Source: Chthonomonadales bacterium
GTDB lineage: Bacteria > Armatimonadota > Chthonomonadetes > Chthonomonadales > CAJBBX01
NCBI GenBank assembly: GCA_037443035.1
Contig: JBBIPC010000006.1
Span: 519-64,518 of the forward strand
Length of the DNA stretch: 64,000 nucleotides
Reading direction: 5' to 3'
The notes under the pieces were generated by a model. The model worked only from the letters and a program-made list of their open reading frames with translations, ran no database searches and was not told where the DNA came from. Positions within the stretch are counted from its first letter, which is position 1, and each line of letters opens with the position of its first letter. Below, piece after piece: positions 29,619 to 36,999 of this stretch. Both the position numbers and the translations under genes were made by a program.

Positions 29619-30458
29619 TCAGCCCTTGAGGCCGGTCATGGTAATGCCCTGGATGAATGTCCGCTGGGTGAGGAAGAACAGAAGCAGGATCGGTGCCGTC
29701 ATCACCGTGGACACTGCCATGAGCTGTCCCCAGAACGAACCGTACTGGCTGGTGAACATGGCCAGACCTAACGAGAGCGGAAACTTCTGGTCGTCGTACA
29801 GATAGATCAACGGTCCCATGAAGTCGTTCCATGTGGCCAAGAAAACCATGAGCCCCACCGTGGCCAGCGCCGGCGTGGCCAGCGGCAAGATGACCCTCCG
29901 GTAGATGTCGAACTCCGAGCAGCCATCCAGCCGTGCGGCATCGCTGAGTTCGGCCGGTATCGTCAAGAAGAATTGCCGCAACAGGAAGATGAAGAACGCG
30001 TTGCCCAGGAACGCGGGAACGGTGAGCGGCAGGAACGTGTCAATCCATCCGAGCCACTTGAACACGGCGAAGAGTGGCACCATGGTCACCTGTGCAGGGA
30101 GCATCATGGTCGAGAGGAGCAGGGCGAAGAGGAAACCGCGACCGCGCCATGGTATGCGCGCAAGGCCATAGGCAACCAGTGAGCACGAAACCACGGCACC
30201 GACCACGTTGGCGGTGCAGAGGATCATCGTGTTGCGCAGGTAGAGGAGGAACGGAAAGTGGGTCAGGCCGCGAGCGTAATGCTGTAGCGTAAGACTAGTC
30301 GGCAGGACGCGCGTGAAGATTTCTGCTTCGGGCTTGACAGAAGTCATCACCAGCCAGACGAAGGGTGCGAACGACACGGCCGACAGAATGGCCAGTGCCC
30401 CATAGGTGAAGATAAGCCTGGTTCCCGTAACGGGCAGCTTGGCGTCCGCATCCGACAT
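29619..30458 (-). CDS. carbohydrate ABC transporter permease (MalG-type)
   Basis: Start at MSDADAKLP. Six TM segments and EAA loop ELSDAARLDGCSEFDIYRRVILPLATPAL. Confidence 0.85.
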   Translation of the reverse strand: MSDADAKLPVTGTRLIFTYGALAILSAVSFAPFVWLVMTSVKPEAEIFTRVLPTSLTLQHYARGLTHFPFLLYLRNTMILCTANVVGAVVSCSLVAYGLARIPWRGRGFLFALLLSTMMLPAQVTMVPLFAVFKWLGWIDTFLPLTVPAFLGNAFFIFLLRQFFLTIPAELSDAARLDGCSEFDIYRRVILPLATPALATVGLMVFLATWNDFMGPLIYLYDDQKFPLSLGLAMFTSQYGSFWGQLMAVSTVMTAPILLLFFLTQRTFIQGITMTGLKG

Positions 30459-30469
30459 ACGCGCGAATG

Positions 30470-31501
30470 TTACCCCAACGCTGCGCGCTGTAACCGGTCG
30501 CGGACAGCCTCCCACTCGACAGTGTCAGGCGGCTCTTCCACGACGATGTACCGGACACCACGCCTGTCGAGATCCGCTAGGGCCCGGTACAGCTCCCTTC
30601 CGTAAGCGCGGGCATCCCGCGGCATCGTTACAACAATCATGTCGTACGACGGACCCGCCACACTCCCGAAGGTCAGCAAAGCGCAACGATGGCCATTGGC
30701 CGCTAGGTCACGTGTTACAGAGAAGGCATCCGCATGGGCTGGTACGAGCACCACCTGTGCCGATGGTGCATAGTGGCGTCCCAGGACCCCTGGACTGCGG
30801 GGCACTGCCGAACCCGTACCGGTACCGACAGCGATAGCGGGACCGAGCACGCGTGCCAGATCTTCGCGAGACAGAAGTCCTGGTCGGAGGATACTCGGCG
30901 GATCCACGGTGAGGTCCAGTACTGTCGACTCGATGCCGCCGTGGCACGGACCCGCGTCAAGTATCCAGTCTGCAGCCTGCTCGATGGGCTCCGCCAGGAA
31001 TTCCACGCGCGTTGGCGACACGTAGCCACTGGGATTGGCGCTGGGCGCCGCCACAGGCACGCCCGCATGCCGAATGAGATCCAGCGCCGTACGATGGTTC
31101 GGACACCTGAGAGCGACTGTCGGCCCTCCTGCGGTGACGACGTCAGGCACACGGTCGTTCCGCGCGAGGACCATGCTCAGCGGGCCAGGCCAGAACGCCT
31201 CGGCAAGCACCTGCGCTACATTCGGCCAGACGGCCGCGAGCTCTCTCGCAGACTGTACGTCCGCTACATGGACGATGAGCGGATTGTGTGGAGGCCTCCC
31301 CTTGGCACGAAAGATGGAGGCGACTGCGGCAGCATCCAGCGCATTGGCCCCTAGGCCGTACACTGTCTCGGTCGGAAACACGACCAGTCCGCCATCCCGG
31401 AGACACTTGGCGACCTCCAGAATGCGCGTTCCGTCGCTGTCTTCGTGTTCACGCCAGATTCGTGCGGGGGACATGTGGCTCACTTGGTATGGAACCGCCA
31501 A
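30470..31501 (-). CDS. tsaC: L-threonylcarbamoyladenylate synthase (Sua5/YwlC long form)
   Basis: 343 aa. YrdC-domain motif VVFPTETVYGLGANALD plus the C-terminal Sua5 domain. Confidence 0.9.
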   Translation of the reverse strand: MAVPYQVSHMSPARIWREHEDSDGTRILEVAKCLRDGGLVVFPTETVYGLGANALDAAAVASIFRAKGRPPHNPLIVHVADVQSARELAAVWPNVAQVLAEAFWPGPLSMVLARNDRVPDVVTAGGPTVALRCPNHRTALDLIRHAGVPVAAPSANPSGYVSPTRVEFLAEPIEQAADWILDAGPCHGGIESTVLDLTVDPPSILRPGLLSREDLARVLGPAIAVGTGTGSAVPRSPGVLGRHYAPSAQVVLVPAHADAFSVTRDLAANGHRCALLTFGSVAGPSYDMIVVTMPRDARAYGRELYRALADLDRRGVRYIVVEEPPDTVEWEAVRDRLQRAALG

Positions 31502-31650
31502 TCTGAGCTAGCTGCCACGCGGTGGCCTGCAGGGCAGCAGTGCGGCTCGCACCGATAGCTTACCGCATGCGCACTGTGCACGCCGCCGCCACGAACGATC
31601 TGTCCGACTTCCAGCGCCTGTGAGGTGCTACGACACCTCGCGCGGTGCCA

Positions 31651-31680
31651 TTGACACGGCTTCCGGCCGGGCAGTATAAT
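31651..31680 (+). promoter_or_regulatory. near-consensus sigma-70 promoter
   Basis: TTGACA (31651-31656), 18-nt spacer, TATAAT (31675-31680). Same architecture as the tRNA promoter at 59679-59708. Confidence 0.7.
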
Positions 31681-31686
31681 CGATCA

Positions 31687-31913
31687 AGCTATGGTAGGAG
31701 TACGAACGAGTAATCATTGCCTGAGTAAGGTACGAGCGTATGTCGGGCGGACGGATGCAGTAGTCCTGGCCTGCGCCGGCATGGCGGTGGCAGGTGCACG
31801 CAAGCTCAGAATGCTGGCGGATAGCTTCGAGCACGTGCATCTTCAACCTGACGCCTGGCCTGACTACGTTTGAACCCGCTCCGCCGTTTGGTGTGAGCGG
31901 GTTCTATGTTTTT
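31687..31913 (+). ncRNA. candidate structured RNA or cis-regulatory leader, class unknown
   Basis: Bounded by the consensus promoter and a strong intrinsic terminator. Three nested long-range helices: 31733-31740/31865-31872, 31742-31749/31852-31859 and 31753-31759/31836-31842. Two internal hairpins: 31770-31778/31785-31794 and 31799-31805/31813-31819. No family assignment was possible by eye. Confidence 0.4.
31872..31913 (+). terminator. intrinsic terminator
   Basis: Perfect 10-bp stem: GAACCCGCTC (31872-31881) with GAGCGGGTTC (31895-31904). Extendable into the loop. Followed by TATGTTTTT. Confidence 0.8.
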
Positions 31914-31957
31914 CGGTTCCACGCAGCAAGCCTGATGCGGAAGGCAAAGAGCAGAGC

Positions 31958-32482
31958 ATGGATCAAGAAGTCCTTGTGCTGAACAGCGACTATGAACCGC
32001 TCAACGTGTGCAACACGAGGCGGGCGATCGTGCTGGTCATCTTGGGGAAGGCAGATGTATTGCACGCGCGCGATCGCATGATGACCCACATGAGCGGTAC
32101 GTTCGCAGCGCCTTCCGTAGTCAAGCTGCGCCACCACGTGCGCCGGCCGCTGCCTGAGCTGAAGCTCTCCCGTCGGACCGTTTTCGCTAGAGATAACTAC
32201 ACGTGCCAGTATTGCGGTTTGCAGACGCGTGAACTGACCATAGACCATGTCGTGCCGAGAAGGCTTGGAGGTCGGACGGCATGGGAGAACGTCGTGGCAG
32301 CGTGCCGCAAGTGCAACACGAGGAAGAGCGACAAACCGCTCGATCAGAGTGGTCTTCGGCTACGCAGGCAGCCGACACGGCCACACTATGTGCCGTACAT
32401 CAGTCTTACGAAGTACCTCGCAGCGCGAAAGAACGCCGAATGGCGCGACTACCTGCCTCAGTTCGCCGACTTCCCTGACTGA
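31958..32482 (+). CDS. HNH endonuclease (small, stand-alone)
   Basis: 174 aa. Motifs YTCQYCG, DHVVPRRLGG and NVVAACRKCNTRK (CxxC...H...CxxC HNH zinc-finger core). Confidence 0.85.
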   Translation: MDQEVLVLNSDYEPLNVCNTRRAIVLVILGKADVLHARDRMMTHMSGTFAAPSVVKLRHHVRRPLPELKLSRRTVFARDNYTCQYCGLQTRELTIDHVVPRRLGGRTAWENVVAACRKCNTRKSDKPLDQSGLRLRRQPTRPHYVPYISLTKYLAARKNAEWRDYLPQFADFPD

Positions 32483-32545
32483 GCACGCCCTGCTGCGTAC
32501 GCCAATGATCCTCCTCGACGCACCTACAGTGCTGCATTCTCACGC

Positions 32546-33916
32546 ATGGCTTCCAGGAACGGCGACATGACCTACGCCGAGGCCGTTCGATTCATGTCCC
32601 ACCTTCGGCGCTTTGGCATGAAGCTCGGCAATGATCGCATGGTGGAACTCCTGCGGCGTGTCGGCAATCCGCACCACGCCTACGGCATTGCCCACGTTAC
32701 GGGGACGAAAGGCAAGGGGTCCACCACCGCCATGATTGCCGCCATCCTCCACGCACACGGATTCCGTGTGGGAGGGTACTACTCGCCGTACGTCTACGAT
32801 CTATGCGAGCGGGTCCAACTGAACGGGCAGAACATCGCACGTCGCGATTTCGCTAGGTTCGTTGCTCGCCTCGCGCCACACGTGGAGGAGATCAGCGCTG
32901 GTCCGCTCGGGTCGGTGACGGAGTTCGAGCTGAAGACTGCCTTGGGGTTCCTGTACTTCGCCGAGAAGCAAGTGGACTACGCTGTCGTGGAGGTCGGCAT
33001 CGGTGGTCGGCTCGACGCGACCAATGTCGTTCATCCGCTAGTCAGTGTCATCACGAACGTCGGCCTGGATCATACCGACATTCTCGGTGATACCATTGCT
33101 GCGATTGCGTTCCAGAAGGCCGGGATCATCAAGCCAGGAGTACCAGTGATTACGGCAGCAGAAGATCCTGAGGCGTTGCAGGTCATCGAGAGAACGGCAG
33201 CGGAGCAGACCGCAGAGGTAGTGCGAGTTGTGAGGCAGGATGCATGGAATAGCCCTGCACAAGTTACCTGGGCGGGCGACCACACGTGCTTCGACGTCAG
33301 AACACCCGACGCGACCTACGATGGCCTCGCTCTGCAACTGATCGGCAGCTACCAGTGTGTGAACGCCGCCTGCGCCATCGCGGCAGTGGAGGCTATGGCG
33401 GATCGTGGCGGCTTCGATGTTCATCCGGACGCAGTGCGGCTAGCGCTGAGCAAGGTGAGTCTGCCGGGGCGCTTCGCCGTGCTACGGGAACGACCGATGG
33501 TGGTTGCCGACGGTGCGCACAACGGTCTTGCGGCACGCGCCCTGGCTGAGGAACTGCGGCGGATGCGTTACGGACGGCTGGTCCTCGTGGTGGGGATGTT
33601 ACGAGGTCATGAGCCAGATGCCTTCTTGAGAGAGCTGGCTCCTCTCGCGTCCATCGTGTACGCGACGCAGCCAAGTTGGCGTCGCGCGCTAGATGCTGGG
33701 AACGTCGCCGAATCGGCCAGACAGTACTGTGCCGATGTCCGCGTGGATTTCCCGCCGCGACAGGCTGCGAGGAAGGCCATCGCCGAGGCGGACGAAGAGG
33801 ACCTGGTGTTGATCACAGGCTCCTTCTACACGGTGGGGGATGTGCCACCGCAATCGCTGAGCAGAGCTAGGTGTCGGACTTCTGCACGTGCTCCAGCTCG
33901 AGAGCGACTACGGTAG
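32546..33916 (+). CDS. folC: bifunctional folylpolyglutamate synthase / dihydrofolate synthase
   Basis: 456 aa. Mur-ligase P-loop HVTGTKGKGST. The start may instead be MTYAEAV at 32567. Confidence 0.9.
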   Translation: MASRNGDMTYAEAVRFMSHLRRFGMKLGNDRMVELLRRVGNPHHAYGIAHVTGTKGKGSTTAMIAAILHAHGFRVGGYYSPYVYDLCERVQLNGQNIARRDFARFVARLAPHVEEISAGPLGSVTEFELKTALGFLYFAEKQVDYAVVEVGIGGRLDATNVVHPLVSVITNVGLDHTDILGDTIAAIAFQKAGIIKPGVPVITAAEDPEALQVIERTAAEQTAEVVRVVRQDAWNSPAQVTWAGDHTCFDVRTPDATYDGLALQLIGSYQCVNAACAIAAVEAMADRGGFDVHPDAVRLALSKVSLPGRFAVLRERPMVVADGAHNGLAARALAEELRRMRYGRLVLVVGMLRGHEPDAFLRELAPLASIVYATQPSWRRALDAGNVAESARQYCADVRVDFPPRQAARKAIAEADEEDLVLITGSFYTVGDVPPQSLSRARCRTSARAPARERLR

Positions 33917-34496
33917 CAGGTACGTCGGCGTTGGTAGCCACGCGGTCAATGACCTTAGCGATGAGCCTCTCCGACGTCTCGTCGACGCCTTGAGGGCACA
34001 GACGCGTGACTGCCTCATCAATGATGCTGACCATAGCCCGGATATATCGAGCCTTCGTTTGGGGAAGCGCCCGGAGGTCGCACGCCGACCACGCTCTAGC
34101 GACACCCTCGAGAACCTCGTCCCAAGATTGGGCTACCGCAGCGCGTTGCTGGGTGCGATCGTACGCAGCATCCCGCATAGCACGGACGCGCTGTTCGCGC
34201 CTCTTGAGATTCTCCCAGTCCGCCAGACACTCCCCTTCGATCACCCTGAGTCGAACTGCCCGACCCAGGACGGACGCGAGTGCTTTCTCGATGGCGTTCC
34301 GGTGCTCGGAGGTTGCGAGCAGGCTGGCCTGATTGATGATGCGTGACGGAAGGCCGACGACGAACGTATCACCTTCGAGGGTGATGCCGACGGCATTCTC
34401 CAGCGTCTGCCAAAGCGACATGTGCACGACACGGTCCTTAACGATATTGACCGTCCTCGACCAGATGTCGCGAGCAGGCATGGTGGTGTCCGACAT
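33867..34496 (-). CDS. hypothetical protein with DnaA domain-I-like N-terminus
   Basis: Lies within ORF 33867-34541. The ATG at 34496 sits 7 nt after GGAG. The segment DIWSRTVNIVKDRVVHMSLWQTLENAVGITLEGDTFVVGLPSRIINQ...IEKALASVLGRAVRLRVIE follows the DnaA N-terminal domain pattern. There is no AAA+ or DNA-binding domain. Confidence 0.55.
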   Translation of the reverse strand: MSDTTMPARDIWSRTVNIVKDRVVHMSLWQTLENAVGITLEGDTFVVGLPSRIINQASLLATSEHRNAIEKALASVLGRAVRLRVIEGECLADWENLKRREQRVRAMRDAAYDRTQQRAAVAQSWDEVLEGVARAWSACDLRALPQTKARYIRAMVSIIDEAVTRLCPQGVDETSERLIAKVIDRVATNADVPATVVALELEHVQKSDT

Positions 34497-34541
34497 GAAG
34501 CATCTCCGTAGTGCGCGGTTTCGCGCTCCATTATACTGCAA

Positions 34542-36026
34542 GTGTCTGGCTCAGGGGCGATGCATCGTACACGCGTTTGGATCACGGTCGCCGTCCTGCT
34601 GACAGCAGGGCACTCCCGCGCCGACCTGCGGATCGAGGGCGACAGGCTCACCGTGGCTACCTCGAACATCCGCATCGTCTTTCAGGGCGGTGACATCGTG
34701 GAGATCACCAACCGTATCACGGGCGAGCGGGTGGCCTATGGCCTGCAGCGAAGACCTCCGCTGTCTGCCATGATGGGGGCTGACGGCAAGACCTTCCCCC
34801 TTCGCAGCGATGGCTGGCGGAGAGGACATGAAAACGCGGAGGGAAGAGAGGCTGCCCAGACGGTGCTGAGGGATCTGACTCGAACCGTTTGGCTGAATGT
34901 CATCCTCGATAAGGATACGGACGACGTCACCATCGGAACCTGGGGCGAATCACGCGTAGAAGGTGTCATGGGCCATTGCATCGCTGTCAGGAACCTGGAC
35001 CTGAGCATCGGACGCCTCATCGTTCCTACGGCGACTGGTCTGGAATACGGTCGTGCAGACGCGCGCAAGGAGCTGCGACTAGCGTATCCAGCGGAATGGC
35101 GGGCGCAGATGGTGGTATGGCAGTGCCCCGAAGGCGGGATTGTCATCTACTCGCGCGATGCTGACAGTATCTGCAAGGGGCTGCAGGCAATCCGGACCGG
35201 CGACTACGCTGACGTTCTCTTGGAAACTCGTGCCGACGGACCATGGGAGTCCCAGAGTAGCGTGCCTTATGTCGAGTGGCGCATCAACGCGTACCGGGGC
35301 GGCTGGCAAGTGCCTGCGTCCGGGTACCGCAGTCTCATGCAGGCGCTGAGGCCGGGAACGGTACCACCCGAATCGCGTCTCTGGGCCAGCCAGATTCGGG
35401 AGGTTCTCGAGGTGCCTGATGGCGCAGGCGACAGGTGGCTGGCCGAGGTCGTCCAGGCGCACACGCCCGCGCGAACGCTGCTTTTTCTGAAGGAGTGGGC
35501 TACCTCTGGGCCACCTGACTACCGCATGACCGATGCCGCAGCCACATTCCTTGGCAAAGCCCACGACCGTGGGTTCTACGTCATGGTGCCGGTGCATGTG
35601 CAGCAAGCCCGTCAGGAGTGGATTGGTGGCAAGAACCTCCAGCGAAGCCGAGCCAAGGGAGTATCGGATGCTGACTCTGGCGGCCTGGCGCAGATGAACC
35701 CTGCATCGGTTTCATGGCGGCGCGCCCTCATCGCTGCTTTGCGCGATGCGTTCGGCGGTGCGCGACCGGACGCGATGTATCTAGTGGACGCCGCAACCGT
35801 GATCACAGAAGAAGATCCGGATACTGGTAAGAGAGGTACCGTCGGCTTGACTCTGTTGCTGAAAGAGCTACAGGCAGCGTTCCCCGATATGGTGCTCGGA
35901 GCGGACGGCGTACACGAGATCGTCTTGCCTTATATACGGATCAGCCGCCGACCAGCCGAGATCCAGGGCTCTAGCCATCCCATCACTCAGTACCTGTTCG
36001 GTCCGTCCGTTCTGTGGTTCCCCTGA
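34542..36026 (+). CDS. hypothetical secreted protein
   Basis: 494 aa. Signal-like MHRTRVWITVAVLLTAGHSRA (alternative ATG at 34560). No family recognised. Confidence 0.6.
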   Translation: MSGSGAMHRTRVWITVAVLLTAGHSRADLRIEGDRLTVATSNIRIVFQGGDIVEITNRITGERVAYGLQRRPPLSAMMGADGKTFPLRSDGWRRGHENAEGREAAQTVLRDLTRTVWLNVILDKDTDDVTIGTWGESRVEGVMGHCIAVRNLDLSIGRLIVPTATGLEYGRADARKELRLAYPAEWRAQMVVWQCPEGGIVIYSRDADSICKGLQAIRTGDYADVLLETRADGPWESQSSVPYVEWRINAYRGGWQVPASGYRSLMQALRPGTVPPESRLWASQIREVLEVPDGAGDRWLAEVVQAHTPARTLLFLKEWATSGPPDYRMTDAAATFLGKAHDRGFYVMVPVHVQQARQEWIGGKNLQRSRAKGVSDADSGGLAQMNPASVSWRRALIAALRDAFGGARPDAMYLVDAATVITEEDPDTGKRGTVGLTLLLKELQAAFPDMVLGADGVHEIVLPYIRISRRPAEIQGSSHPITQYLFGPSVLWFP

Positions 36027-36939
36027 CTGTAGCCTCGCCAAGAAGGGTCTGACGAAAGAACGCGCGTAGCTCCTGTCGGAAGACGGCAACATCGTCCCGT
36101 GTGACCGTAATGTGCCACGAGTGTGGCAGGATAACGAGTCGCTTGGGTTCGCGCGCATGGTGGTAGAGGATGTACGCGTCGTCCACTCTCACGAACGGGT
36201 CTCGCTTCCCATGGACCAGCAGGATCGGGCGTGGGGCGATGCGATGAACACACAGAGCTGGCGAAACCTCGGCCGGATCGAACGCAAGCCACCGCTTCGC
36301 CATGCGTTTGGCTGGAACCGTAAGCAGGGGACCAGCCACCCCGAGGAACATGCGCCCACGCTGGTTCACAGCACGGTCTAGGGAAGCATAGGCGCCCTGG
36401 GTCGCTACGGCACGAATGCGGCAGTCCGCGGCGGCCGCCATGATGGCAGCAGCGCCGCCCATGGAGTAGCCGAACACCCCGATGGACAGATTGCGTGTGG
36501 ACAGTCGCGTTTGCAGAGCATCCACCGCAGCCAACACATCTGCTGTTTCGTTACGACCGATGGTGCAAAGAGTGCCGCCACTACGTCCGGCACGACGGAA
36601 GTCGAACAGGAGGAAGCTATAGGGCCCGTCACGCAGCAGGCGCAGTACCGGCAGCATCTGCATCCTGTTGAACTGATGGCCATGGCATAGGAGGATAACC
36701 GCCCTGGCGTCCGTTCGTTCGAACAGCCATCCTGAAAGCGGCGTACCATCTCTTGCGCGGAAATCGAAGCGAGTGGCCGGGCCATCCTGTTCCGGGGGAT
36801 CGAGTGGACACGCGATACGCAGTGGGTGGGTGGACCAGTAGGCAAGGATCCACGCACCGGCGAGCAACACAATGGCAAGGACGGCGGCCGCCGCGCCGAG
36901 TACCATGATAAGGCGCATGACGCCGTGCGGTGGGACCAT
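35983..36939 (-). CDS. alpha/beta hydrolase with N-terminal membrane anchor
   Basis: 318 aa. Nucleophile elbow GYSMGGAAA. N-terminal TM segment LIMVLGAAAAVLAIVLLAGAWILAYW. Confidence 0.8.
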   Translation of the reverse strand: MVPPHGVMRLIMVLGAAAAVLAIVLLAGAWILAYWSTHPLRIACPLDPPEQDGPATRFDFRARDGTPLSGWLFERTDARAVILLCHGHQFNRMQMLPVLRLLRDGPYSFLLFDFRRAGRSGGTLCTIGRNETADVLAAVDALQTRLSTRNLSIGVFGYSMGGAAAIMAAAADCRIRAVATQGAYASLDRAVNQRGRMFLGVAGPLLTVPAKRMAKRWLAFDPAEVSPALCVHRIAPRPILLVHGKRDPFVRVDDAYILYHHAREPKRLVILPHSWHITVTRDDVAVFRQELRAFFRQTLLGEATVRGTTERTDRTGTE

Positions 36940-36999
36940 GCTACGAGGGAGGCGACCCCTCCTGACTTGCTAGATCGTGGCAGGAGGGGCCGAGCACCG

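Noticed and set aside
31742-31862. ZTP (pfl), THF-I or TPP riboswitch identity for the leader, considered because folC is downstream
   Set aside because: Only fragments resemble these families. CTGGCGG/CGCCTGG resemble the ZTP pseudoknot, but the spacing is about 32 nt and the motif is TGGCC, not TGGGC. GGATG/CATCT resemble the THF-I pseudoknot, but the surrounding helices do not fit. AACCTGA resembles TPP, but there is no P5 hairpin. A formal covariance-model search is still needed.
31765-31862. 9-nt direct repeat CCTGGCCTG (31765-31773 and 31854-31862) as a repeat element
   Set aside because: It is too short, has only two copies, and both copies take part in the proposed RNA helices. It is not evidence for a mobile or CRISPR-like repeat.
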